Source of the DNA: Octopus vulgaris
Taxonomy: Eukaryota
Length of the DNA: 64,000 nucleotides
NCBI GenBank assembly: GCA_951406725.2
Contig: OX597843.1
Span: 4,588,001 to 4,652,000 of the forward strand
Direction of reading: 5' to 3'
Made by a program: the position numbers and the translations under genes. Positions 27,120 to 40,624 of this stretch are shown here, in pieces; the stretch's first letter is position 1, and each line of letters begins with the position of its first letter. The notes under the pieces are model-generated. The model saw only the letters and a program-made list of their open reading frames with translations. It did not search any database and had not been told where the DNA came from.

Positions 27120-27160
<41 letters not shown>

Positions 27161-27468
27161 TGTATGTATGTATATATGTGTGTGTATATATATGTATATA
27201 TACATACATTGAGAATATAGATATCAATATTACAGCACAGATACACACATATATACATTCATATATATATATATATACACATACATACATACATATATAG
27301 ATATATACACACATACATATATATACATACACACATATCCATACATACATATCCATATATATACACACACACACACATATATATATTGATATGATATATA
27401 TATTGACTTATGGATATGTGCTGATCCATCAAAATAAACACGAACACGCAAATAAATATTGATATATA

Positions 27469-27516
<48 letters not shown>

Positions 27517-27904
27517 CATACATGTGTATATATGTGTACGCATGATAATGCACTTCTATAGGTCTGTGATTAACACATCAATATAAACACATACATTTAT
27601 ATACACACACACATATATATATACACATATAAATATATACTATGTGGGTTTAAACAAACATATATATACGTGTGTGTATATGTGCGTGTGCATATATATG
27701 TAAGCCTAAATCCATATATGTACATAAACAAACACACACACATTCACACACACGCACACATTCACACACACACACACACAAACACTTTCTCACACACACA
27801 CACTTTCTCACACACACACTCACACATTCAGACACACACACACTCACACACACACATACACACACACATTCACACACACACTCACATTCACACACACACA
27901 CTCA

Positions 27905-27949
<45 letters not shown>

Positions 27950-28296
27950 CATCAAACGGGGGGGGGGGGGCACTGGAGCAAGGGAGGGGATTCGCCAGTC
28001 TGGATAAAGTGTCTAGTTTATCCAATCGATAACGAACCAGTGTCGATAAACTCGGCAAACGGAACGAAAAAAGGGGTCAGCCAAACACAAACGGATTAGA
28101 CAAACAGCCCTTCCTTCTCCTCACACATCGACCTCCACCTCACCGCCGTGTCCCCCCACTCTGCACCACACTGCACCTCTCCTGAACGTCTAATTTAGTA
28201 AGTACACTAAGTCAATAAAACTTTAAGAAAACAAACGCTGTATAAATACACAAACACATATATATATATATACACACACACACACATATATATATA

Positions 28297-28368
<72 letters not shown>

Positions 28369-28794
28369 CACACATATATATGTATATGCTCTCTTTTACT
28401 CTTTTACTTGTTTCGGTCATTTGACTGTGGCCATGCTGGAGCACCGCCTTTAGTCGACCAAATTGATCCCAGGACTTATTCTTTTGTAAGCCCAGTACTT
28501 ATTCTCTCGGTCGCTTTTGCCAAACCGCTAAGTTACTGGGATGTAAACACACCAGCATTAGTTGTCAAACAATGTTGGGGGGACAAACACAGACACATAA
28601 ACATATACACACACATACATATATATATACATATATACGAGGAGCTTCTTTCAGTTTCCGTCTACCGAATCCACTCACAAGGCTTTGGTCGGCCCGGGGC
28701 TATAGTAGAAGATACTTGCCCAAGGTGCCATGCAGTGGGACTGAACCCGGAACCATGTGGTTGGTAAGCAAGCTACTTACCACACAGCCACTCC

Positions 28795-28832
<38 letters not shown>

Positions 28833-29172
28833 CGATGGGCTTCTTTCAGTTTCCGTCTACCAAATCCACTCACAAGGCTTTGGTCAGCCCGAGGCTATAG
28901 TGGTTGGTAAGCAAGCTACTTACTGCACAGCCACTCCTGAGCCTGTATGCATATATATTCTTTTATTCTTTCACTTGTTTCAGTCATCTGGCTGCGGCCA
29001 TGCTGGAGCACCGCCTTTAGTTGAGCAAATCATCCCCAGGACTTATTCTTTGTAAGACTAGTACTTATTCTATCAGATACTTTTGCCGAACCGCTTAGTT
29101 ATGGGGGATGTACACACACCAGCATTGGTTGTTAAGCGATGTTGGGGGGGACAAACACAGACACACAAACAT

Positions 29173-29227
<55 letters not shown>

Positions 29228-29797
29228 CATACACACACAACGGGCTTCATTCAGTTTCTGTCTACCAAATCCACTCACAAGGCATTGGTTGGCCCAAGGC
29301 TATAGTAGAAGACACTCTTGCCCAAGGTGCCACGCAGTGGGACTGAACCCGGCACCATGTGGTTGGTAAGCAAGCTACTTACCACACAGCCACTCCTGCG
29401 CCTATATATATATTCTTTTATTCTTTTAATTGTTTTGGTCATTTGACTGCAGCCATGCTGGAGCACTGCCTTTCGTCAAACAAATTGTCCCCCAGGACTT
29501 ATTCTTTGTACGCCTAGTCACTTTTGCCGAACCACAAAGTTATGGGGGATGTAAACACATCAGCATTGGTTGTCAAGTGATGTTAGGGGGACAAACACAG
29601 ACACACAAACATATACATACATATATATATATATACTACAGGCTTCTTTCAGTTTCTGTCTACCAAATCCACTCACAAGGCTTTGGTCGGCCCAAGGCTA
29701 TAGTAGAAGACACTTGCCCAAGGTGCCCTGCAGTGGGACTGAACCCGGAACCATGTGGTTGGTAACAAAGCTACTTACCACACAGCCACTCCTGCAC

Positions 29798-29831
<34 letters not shown>

Positions 29832-30004
29832 TTATTTTATATGTAGATGTATATTATATACATACATACATATATACATATATATATATATGTGTATATA
29901 ATATGCACATACTCACACCCTACCACCGACAGATACAATTCAGATTATATTGACTTTTGACTTAAATTTAGCTTTATGGCAACCGACATCACTCAAATCA
30001 CTAC

Positions 30005-30038
<34 letters not shown>

Positions 30039-30290
30039 GCTTGCATTATTATCATTAGTATTGTTGTCGTAATCATTTCCTATAAAAACAGATCTTAACT
30101 AATTTTCTACTTATATATGCTTAACCTAAATAGACCAGTTTTACCATATTTAGGTTAACTAGGCATACATACATACACACATACATACATATATTTATAT
30201 ATATTATATATACATGCATCAGTAAGAGATAAAAGAGAGAGTATATACCGTCAATGTATGTCTGTCTATGTATCTATCTTCCTCTCTCTC

Positions 30291-30325
<35 letters not shown>

Positions 30326-30993
30326 AGTGGCTGTGTAGTAAGTAGCTTGCTAACCAACCACATGGTTCCGGGTTCAGTCCCACTGCATGGCACCTTGGGC
30401 AAGTGTCTTCTGCTATAGCCCCGGGCCGACCAAAGCCTTGTGAGTGGATTTGGTAGACGGAAACTGAAAGAAGCCTGTCGTATATATATATAGGAGTGGC
30501 TGTGTGGTAAGTAGCTTGCTAACCAACCACATGGTTCCGGGTTCAGTCCCACTGCATGGCACCTTGGGCAAGTGTCTTCTGCTATAGCCCCGGGCCGACC
30601 AAAGCCTTGTGAGTGGATTTGGTAGACGGAAACTGAAAGAAGCCTGTCGTATATATATATAGGAGTGGCTGTGTGGTAAGTAGCTTGCTAACCAACCACA
30701 TGGTTCCGGGTTCAGTCCCACTGCGTGGCATCTTGGGCAAGTGTCTTCTGCTATAGCCCCAGGCCGACCAATGCCTTGTGAGTAGATTTGGTAGACGGAA
30801 ACTGAAAGAAGCCCATCGCATAGGCATAGGAGTGACTGTGTGGTAAGTAGCTTGCTTACCAACCACATGGTTCCGGGTTCAGTCCCACTGCGTGGCATCT
30901 TGGGCAAGTGTCTTCTGCTATAGCCCCGGGCCGACCAAAGCCTTGTGAGTGGATTTGGAAGACGGAATCTGAAAGAAGCCTGTCGTATATATG

Positions 30994-31036
<43 letters not shown>

Positions 31037-31246
31037 TTGTGTGTGTCTGTGTTTGTCCCCCTAGCATTGCTTGACAACCGATGCTGGTGTGTTTACGTCC
31101 CCGTCACTTAGTGGTTCGGCAAAAAAGAGAACCGATAGAATAAGTACTGGGCTTACAAAGAATAAGTCCTGGGGTCAATTTGCTCGACTAAAAAAAGGCG
31201 GTGCTCCAGCATGGCCGCAGTCAAATGACTGAAACAAGTAAAGAGA

Positions 31247-31295
<49 letters not shown>

Positions 31296-31929
31296 ACTTT
31301 GCTGTACAAACATGCATACACAATTTTATAGTATAAGTACTAACATATAGACATATATATACACACAATTACAAATAATGTATGTCTATGCATTTATATA
31401 TGGACACACTCACGCACAGCTTCTATATATAACTGGTGGATGTGCGTATGAACACACACACATATATATATATATATTCAGCTTGTGTGTATAATGGGAA
31501 TTCGGACAGGCCATACTCTCACATGACTTCATATATATTTATGTTACAAACGAACAAAAAGGATTGCCAAGATTTTATAGACATCCATACTCACTATCTC
31601 TCTGTATTCATATACATATATCTACCTATCTATATATCTATATATTTTTATTTTATTTTATAGAAGGAGCTTCTACAGGACTAGAACTGTTTCATTCAAA
31701 TGAATATATATATAAAGTTAATCCAAACAAGAAAGCACAAAAAAACACAACAACGCGAGGACGTGGAACAAATATAGTATTATTGGACGCTCAGGAAAGA
31801 AGGAAAGAAAGAGGGTCTAACGTTTCAAGCGGAGCTCTTAGTCGGAAACATAGGAGAAGGAAAGATCCAGAGAAGGGAAGACAGAGGAAAAAAATCGCCA
31901 ACGGTACACATGAGGTCACATTTTGAAAG

Positions 31930-31967
<38 letters not shown>

Positions 31968-31975
31968 CTGTCAAA

Positions 31976-32006
<31 letters not shown>

Positions 32007-32011
32007 TATAT

Positions 32012-32042
<31 letters not shown>

Positions 32043-32229
32043 CATATATATAATGCATGTGCACACGTAGACTACTCTACTGCCATCTATCTGTATAATA
32101 TCAACATAATTTTATATTATATATATATATATATATATCCCCCCTATATATTATATATATATATCCCTCCCCACCACTACACACTCAATAACACTATAAA
32201 ATGGTCAAAATTTTTCCACAAGAACTTAG

Positions 32230-33120
32230 TTTTTCCCCCTGGCATGTGATGGAATCTGTTTTCTCTGCATCTTCTATCTTCCCGGTCAACCTTCCTCCGA
32301 TATTGCTGCACCTTTTATGTGTCCTTAGCTTACACCGGGTATATCATATGGAGTTTCTACCCACGCCTTCACTACAAACCGAGCAGGGCCATCTACCTGA
32401 AGGGGTTTGTGATTTGACAGCCTTCCTAATTCCTAAGACTTTAGTTGTTGCTAGGTTAACCCTAAGGCCCTTCAATTCAGGACCTTGCTTCAACACCCTA
32501 AACTTTGTCTCTTGTTCTGGCAGTTACTCAGTTATTAGAGCAAGGTCTTCAGCATAGAGGAGATCCTAGGGGCAGCCTGTTGTATTCCTCTGTTATTGCC
32601 TGGAGGACTATAACGAATAAGAGGGGGCTGAGGACTAATCCTTGGTGAACCCCTACTTCTACTTGGAATTCTACACTGTACTCATTGCCAACCCTCACCT
32701 TACTGACAGCATCTCTGTAAGGGCTTGTACAGCTCTCACGAACCATTCATCTATCCCCAGTTTCCACATTCACCACCAGATAAGGGATCGGGGGACCCTG
32801 TCAAAGGCTTTCTCCAAATCAACAAAAGACAAGTACAGAGGTTTTTCTTTGGTTAGATATTTCTCTTGCAGTTTCCGTATCAGAAATATAGCATCATTGG
32901 TGCTTCTGCCTGGCACAAGACCAAACAGCATCTCATCTAGGCTAAATCTCTCCCTAATTAGTTGGGCTGTGAGCCTCTCAGTAAGTTTCATCACCTGATC
33001 CAATAATTTGATACCCCTGTAGTTATTTCTATCTAATGTATCACCTTTACCTTTGTAGTAGTTGATTATGGTGCTGCTACACAAGTCATTGGGTATGATT
33101 CCTTAATGAACTAGCTGATT
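32230..33120 (-). mobile_element. Degenerate RTE-clade LINE reverse-transcriptase fragment
   Basis: NYRGIKLLDQVMK, FVDLEKAFDRVPR, GVHQGLVLSPLLF and LYAEDL (a YADD variant), with frameshifts. Further pieces at ~15975-16040, 40975-41230 and 41975-42290. Confidence 0.88.
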
Positions 33121-33250
33121 TACGATGCGAGTGACAAGACCGTAACCCACACCGACCGAGATTTTAAGCATATATATATATATATATGTATACACAAATA
33201 CACACATAAAAATATATACATATACACATATATACATATATATATACATA

Positions 33251-33650
33251 GGCGCAGGAGTGGCTGTGTGGTAAGTAGCTTGCTAACCAACCACATGGTT
33301 CCGGGTTCAGTCCCACTGCGTGGCACCTTGGGCAAGTGTCTTCTGCTATAGCCCCGAGCCGACCAAAGCCTTGTGAGTGGATTTGGTAGACGGAAACTGA
33401 AAGCCCGTCGTATATGTATATATATATATGTATGCGTGTGTGTGTTTGTGTGTCTGTGTCCCCTTAGCATTGCTTGACAACTGATGCTGATGTGTTTACG
33501 TCCCCGTTACTTAGCGGTTCGGCAAAAGAGACCGATAGAATAAGTACTGGGCTTACAAAAGAATAAGTCCCGGGGTCGAGTTGCTTGATTAAAGGCGGTG
33601 CTCCAGCATGGCCGCAGTCAAATGACTGAAACAAGTAAAAGAGTAAAAGA
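33251..33650 (+). mobile_element. SINE family A, full-length reference copy
   Basis: Head GGCGCAGGAGTGGCTGTGTGGTAAG, B-box-like GGTTCAGTCCC, central GGCACCTTGGGCAAGTG, internal (TA)n(TG)n tract and GTAAAAGA-repeat tail. Confidence 0.85.
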
Positions 33651-34163
33651 GATATCCTTTGGAAGCCTGGTACTTATTTTCTCGGTCTCTTTTGCTGAAC
33701 TGCTAAGTTACGGAGATGTAAACACACCAGCATTAGTTGTCAAGCGATGTTGGGGGGAAGGACAAATACAGACACACAAACATATACACACACATCATCA
33801 TCATCGTTTAACGCCCGCTTTCCATGCTAGCATGGGTTGGACGATTTTGACTGAGGTCTGGTGAACCAGATGGCTGTACCAGACTCCAATGTTGATCTGG
33901 CAAATTTTCTACAGCTGGATGCCCTTCCTAATACGGACAACTTCAGCTTTATACAGAGAGAGATATATATATCAAATTTACAAGTCTGAACGAGAGAAGT
34001 AAAGGATGAAGTAATGAATGGAAAAAGTAGACAATACTGGACTCTATCAGAGGGAGTACATTATCATATTAAAATGCAGAGAGAAATTACGCACTAAAGT
34101 ACGATTTAAGAAACGTCATTCTGTTATGGACAAACCTAAGTTATACTTTCAAATTTACAAGTA

Positions 34164-36057
34164 CCGTAAATCCTCGAGAATAATCCGCATTTTCCCCCCA
34201 AAATTTAAAGGTCAAAATCCCTAGTGCATATTATATACGAGGTTAAAAATGAAAAATGTTTTCTAAGCAATGTCCGAGTCTCTATTTGCTGTCTGGCAAT
34301 GTTTATTCAGACGCATTTTGTGATGTCAGGCACGAAAATACCTTAAGCTAAGCCTGAAAGCAATGAAGTCATAAAAGAATCATCCATAACTTGCAGTAAG
34401 CAACATTTATTAAACGTTATTACTGTTATTTCTTGATTTTCTGCAAACAAAATGCACAAAAAAGCTACACGTTTGCATTATGTTATATATACAATAATAA
34501 TAAAGGACGTTACCGTATACATTTTTACAAACAAAGGACGTTATATAGACCTCCTTGACTTAAGTTAGAGAAAAGGTGCGTATTATACACAAGGTTTAGG
34601 TTTTTCAGAGGTACAACCCCCTAAAAATCCCCTGCGTATACATGTTTGCATTATGTTATATATACAATAATAATAAAGGACGTTACCGTATACATCTTTA
34701 CAAACCAAGGACGTTATATAGACCTCCTTGACTCAAGTTAGAGAAGGGGTGCGTATTATACACAAGGTTTAGGTTTTTCAGAGGTACAGACCCCTAAAAA
34801 TCCCCTGCGTATACACGTTTGCATTATGTTATATATACAATAATAATAAAGGACGTTACCGTATACATTTTAAAAAACCAAGGACGTTATATAGACCTCC
34901 TTGACTCAAGTTAGAGAAGGGGTGCGTATTATACACAAGGTTTAGGTTTTTCAGAGGTACAACCCCCTAAAAATCCCCTGCGTATACACGTTTGCATTAT
35001 GTTATATATACAATAATAATAAAGGACGTTACCGTATACAGTTTTACAAACCAAGGACGTTATATAGACCTCCTTGACTCAAGTTAGAGAAGGGGTGCGT
35101 ATTATACACAAGGTTTAGGTTTTTCAGAGGTACAGCCCCCTAAAAATCCCCTGTGTATACACGTTTGCATTATGTTATATATACAATAATAATAAAGGAC
35201 GTTACCGTATACATCTTTACAAACCAAGGACGTTATATAGAGCTCCTTGACTCAAGTTAGAGAAGGGGTGCGTATTATACACAAGGTTTATTTTTTCAGA
35301 GGTACAATCCCCTAAAAATCCCCTGCGTATACACGTTTGCATTATGTTATATATACAATAATAATAAAGGACATTACCGTATACAGTTTTAAAAACCAAG
35401 GACGTTATATAGAGCTCCTTGACTCAAGTTAGAGAAGGGGTGCGTATTATACACAAGGTTTAGGTTTTTCAGAGGTACAACCCCCTAAAAATCCCCTGCG
35501 TATACACGTTTGCATTATGTTATATATACAATAATAATAAAGGATGTTACCGTATACAGTTTTACAAACCAAGGACGTTATATAGACCTCCTTGACTCAA
35601 GTTAGAGAAGGGGTGCGTATTATACACAAGGTTTAGGTTTTTCAGAGGTACAACCCCCTAAAATCCCCTGCGTATACACGTTTGCATTATGTTATATATA
35701 CAATAATAATAAAGGATGTTACCGTATACAGTTTTAAAAACCAAGGACGTTATATAGAGCTCCTTGACTCAAGTTAGAGAAGGTATGCGTATTATACACA
35801 AGGTTTAGGTTTTTCAGAGGTACAGCCCCCTAAAAATCCCCTGTGTATACACATTTGCATTATGTTATATATACAATAATAATAAAGGACGTTACCGTAT
35901 ACAGTTTTACAAACCAAGGACGTTATATAGACCTCCTTGACTCATGTTAGAGAAGGTATGCGTATTATACACAAGGTTTAGGTTTTTCAGAAGTACAGCC
36001 CCCTAAAAATCCCCTGCGTATTATACTCAAGGGTGGACTATACTCGAGGATTTACGG
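34164..36057. mobile_element. Non-autonomous Tc1/mariner-superfamily (Tc2/pogo-like) element with TA TSD containing a 173-bp x9 array
   Basis: TA|CCGTAAATCCTCGAG at 34162 and CTCGAGGATTTACGG|TA ending at 36059. The array spans ~34466-36020. Confidence 0.88.
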
Positions 36058-36561
36058 TAATTGTCTGTAATAGAAGAGCAAAGGAGAAAACGAATGAATG
36101 GAAATGTATTCAGACTTATAGGCTACACTTGAAAGGGGGTAACTGTGTATTGCGTTTTGGGGGTATAGAGAGATATTTAGACGCTTAAAACTAGGTTGAG
36201 GTTATTTTCAATTATAGAAGGAAACAAACGGTTCTCATGTCAGCATAGAGGTGGCGCTCAGAGAAGATAATGGCCCTTATGTGGTCTTATAATTATATAA
36301 GGCTGTGAAGTAATGAAATTCTACGCTCATAGAATTACAATCACAATGGGAGTCACTCTGGCTAAGGTGGAGGTGAAGGGATAGAAATATAAGGTGTGCT
36401 CTCTCGTAAGATGTATTTGAATACACCTGGATAGACAAATGCTGACAGGTGTATAGATGAAGATTCACAGAGAAATTTTTGAACATAAATGCTTAGAAAT
36501 ATATGGAGTAACATCCCACGAAAAAACTGGTGTGATTATATATATATACATACATATCTAT

Positions 36562-36606
<45 letters not shown>

Positions 36607-36643
36607 CATATATATATACATACATATATATGCATACATATAC

Positions 36644-36676
<33 letters not shown>

Positions 36677-36983
36677 CATACATATATATGCATACATATA
36701 CATACATACATATATATGCATACATATATATATACATACATATATATGCATACATATATATATACATACATATATATGCATACATATATATGCATACATA
36801 TATATGCATACATATGTATACATACATATGCATACATATAAATACATAAATATATATACATACATATATATGCATACATATAAATACATAAATATATATA
36901 CATACATATATATGCATACATATATATGCATATATATATACATACATATACATACATACATATACATACATATATATACATAC

Positions 36984-37016
<33 letters not shown>

Positions 37017-37884
37017 CATATATATATACATACATACATATACATATATATATACATACATACATACATATATATATACATACATACATACATATATATA
37101 TATACATACATACATACATATATATATACATACATACATACATATATATACATATATATATACATACATACATACATATATATACATACATACATATATA
37201 TATACATACATACATATATACATACATATATATATACATACATACATACATATATATATACATACATACATACATATATACATACATACATACATATATA
37301 TATATATAAATATATATACATGTATACATATATATACATGTATACATATATATGCATACATATATATGCATACATATATATACATACATATATATATACA
37401 TACACATATATATATACACACGTGTGTATACATGTCTATATGTCATGGTTCATATGTATATGCGTATATATATATATATATATATATGTCATGGTTCACA
37501 TATATGTGTATAAATATGCTATGTGTATGTATATGCGTATATATATGTTATGGTATGTTTATGAGTATATATATGTATATGTTGCCATCTCAGCCAGCAA
37601 ACCATCACCCCCCCCTATTTCCCTCTCCTCCCCACCCGGTTCACTCTGATTGCTAATTCCATTGAATCTGCTTGATGGATGGCTTCTTTTGAAAGAGAAA
37701 AACATCAGCAAGGATGGTCATGGTAGGAGTGGGGGGCAGCGGTCGTGTCCCCATTAAGAGATATTTCTCCAGAGGCACAATGCGATCAATGGCAAGTGAC
37801 ATTTTTACAGTGTCACCTTGGTTAAGTGCTTGGGCCCCTGTGGGTGGGGTGAGGGGCAGGGCAGAGGGACGTTGGGGGGAAAGC

Positions 37885-38322
37885 GGGTGGTGGTAGTGGT
37901 GGTGGTGATAGTGGTGGTAGTGTTGGTGGTGGTAGTGGTGGTAGTGGTGGTGGTGGTGGCAGTGGTGGTCGTGCTGGTGGTGGTGGTAGTGCTGGTGGTG
38001 GTAGTAGTGGTGTTGGTAGTGGTGGTGGTGGTGGTGGTAGTAGTGGTGTTGGTAGTGGTGGTGGTGGTAGTAGTGGTAGTGGTGGTGGTAGTTGTGGTGG
38101 TAGTGGTGGTAGTAGTGGTGGTGGTAATGGTGGTGGTGGTAGTGGTGGTGGTGGTAGTAGTGGTGGTGGTAGTGGTAGAGGTGGTGGTGGTGGTGGTGGT
38201 AGTGGTGGTGGTGCTGATTGTGTTGGTGGTGGTGGTAGTGTTGGCTGTAATAGTGGTGGTGTTGCTTGTAACACTGATGGTGGTTACGGATATTAGGGGT
38301 GGTGGTCATGGTGGTGATGGTG
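37885..38322. repeat. Trinucleotide low-complexity tract (GGT/GTA)n; similar tracts at ~47965-48420, 54395-55277 and 61720-62430
   Basis: Directly visible. These tracts generate the poly-His/Pro/Val/Thr ORFs in the track. Confidence 0.9.
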
Positions 38323-38518
38323 GCTGAAGCCAGTCAATAGGTAAAAAACTATGAGGTGACAACCAACAAAACTGTCACCTGACAGGGAATTCTGGTTTTA
38401 TAGCTTTTCTACTTCCCCTCCCACCACACACACACACACACACACACAAATGTATATATACTTATACACACACACATACATACAGACATACATCTCTCTC
38501 TCTCTCTCTCTCTCTCCC

Positions 38519-38549
<31 letters not shown>

Positions 38550-39006
38550 ATATACTGGTGTGTTTATGTCCCCGTCACTTAGCGGTTCGGCAAAAAAGAG
38601 ACCGATAGAATAAGTACTAGGCTTACAAAAGAACAAGCCCCGGGGTCGAGTTGCTCGATTAAAGGCGGTGCTCCAGCATGGCCGCAGTCAAATGACTGAA
38701 ACAAGTAAAAGATTAAAAGAAAAATGAGTATATGTGTGTGTATGTATATATATATATACATACATGCCTATACATTACACACACATATATATTCTTTTAC
38801 TCTTTTACTTATTTCAGTCATTTGATTGTGGCCATGCTGGAGCACTGCCTTTAGTCGAGCAAATCGACTCCAGGACTTGTTCTTTGTAAGCCTAGTACTT
38901 ATTCCGTTGATCTCTTTTGCCGAACCGCTAAGTGACGGGAACTTAAACACACCAGTATCGGTTGTCAAGCAATGTTGGGGGGACAAACACAGACACACAA
39001 ACATAT

Positions 39007-39037
<31 letters not shown>

Positions 39038-39040
39038 CAT

Positions 39041-39249
39041 AAAGTTAATCCAAACAAGAAAACCCAAAAAAACACAACAACGCGAGGACATGGAACAAAT
39101 AAATTATTATTGGACGCTCAGGAAAGAAGGGAAGAAGGAGGGTTTAATGTTTCGAGCGGAGCTCTTCGTCGGAAACATAGGAGAAGGAAAGATCCAGAGA
39201 AGGGAAGACAGAGGAAAAAAATTTGCTGGCAGTGCTCACGAGGTCACAT
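39041..39249 (-). mobile_element. ~205-bp dispersed repeat (Penelope-like solo unit) with a degenerate hammerhead motif; other copies at ~17768-17965 and ~31714-31928
   Basis: Three similar copies, all inserted in TA tracts; this one sits inside a SINE A. Minus-strand motif GTTT-CCGACGA-A-GAGC-TCC-GCTC-GAAAC-ATT-AAAC at 39142-39176. Confidence 0.6.
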
Positions 39250-39663
39250 ACGACAGGCTTCTTTCAGTTTCCGTCTACCAAATCTACTCACAAGGCATTG
39301 GTCGGCCCGGGGCTATAGCAGAAGACACTTGCCCAAGATTCCACGCAGTGGGACTGAACCTGGAACCATGTGGTTGGTAAGCAAGCTACTTACCACACAG
39401 CCACTCCTGATGGGCTTCTTTCAGTTTCCGTCTACCAAATCCACTCCCAAGGCTTTGGTCGGCCCAAGGCTATAGTAGAAGACACTTGCCCAAGGTGCCA
39501 CGTAGTGGGACTGAACCCGGAACCATGTGGTTGGTAAGCAAGCTACTTACCACACAGCCACTCCTACGACTATATACACATACATAAACACACACACATG
39601 TACAAACATATGCATACGCACATACATATACACACATACACACAAAATATGTACACACATACT

Positions 39664-39697
<34 letters not shown>

Positions 39698-39819
39698 CTG
39701 TGCTTATGACCACCACCAACATGGCAGCCACATCATCATCATCATCATCATTATTATCATTACTATCATTGTTATTATCATTCGCTATTGTCAAAATGCT
39801 GTACACATTACATCACCTA

Positions 39820-39892
<73 letters not shown>

Positions 39893-40089
39893 GAGAGAGA
39901 CAGAGAGAGAGAGACAGAGACAGAGACAAAGAGAGAGAGAGATGTGTTTGTATTTGTCCAGCTTGCTTCTCATGTCACTCCACACCTATAATTAGAGATT
40001 TAATTATATCATTCTCACCCCACTCCCCCCCCCACACACACACAACACCCATCCAACATCGACCTCCACCAAGGACGAGATTTCCAAAG

Positions 40090-40555
40090 GGTAGCCAGGA
40101 CTGCTAGAAATAGCAGCCAAATCTCCCTTAAATCACACCCTACTCTCTTATGTATGTATGTATGTATGAGCCAATGAATGAGACCTCTACATGGTAGCTA
40201 AAACAGGCAGAAATAGCAGCTAAATTCCCCTCAAATCACACCCTACTGTCTTATATATGTATGTATGTATGAGCCAATGAATACCTCTATGTGGTAGCTA
40301 GACCTCCTAGAAATAGCAGCTAAATTCCACTCAAATCACACCCTACTCTCTTATGTATGTATATATGTATGAGCCAATGAATGAGACCTCTACATGGTAG
40401 CTAGAACTGGTAGGAATAGCAACCAAATTGCCCTCAAATCACACTCTATTGTCTTATGTATGTATGTATATATATATATATATATGAGCCAATGAGTGAG
40501 ACTTCTACATGGTAGCTACACCTGTTAGAAATAGCAGCTAAATCTTCCTCAAAGT
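40090..40555. repeat. ~100-115 bp tandem repeat x5
   Basis: AAATAGCAGC...AAATCACACCCTACT at 40108, 40211, 40311, 40414 and 40529, with variable (GTAT)n spacers. Confidence 0.8.
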
Positions 40556-40574
40556 GTATTCTGCTGTCTATCTA

Positions 40575-40624
<50 letters not shown>

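Noticed and set aside
29911-29990. Minus-strand ATG followed by a GTGAGT donor, as a candidate PEDS1 first exon
   Set aside because: An in-frame TAA precedes the donor and there is no family similarity.
37653-38327. His-, Pro- or Val-rich ORFs (also at 47.9-48.7 and 54.9-55.7 kb)
   Set aside because: Trinucleotide low-complexity tracts open on both strands, with no domain or splice support.
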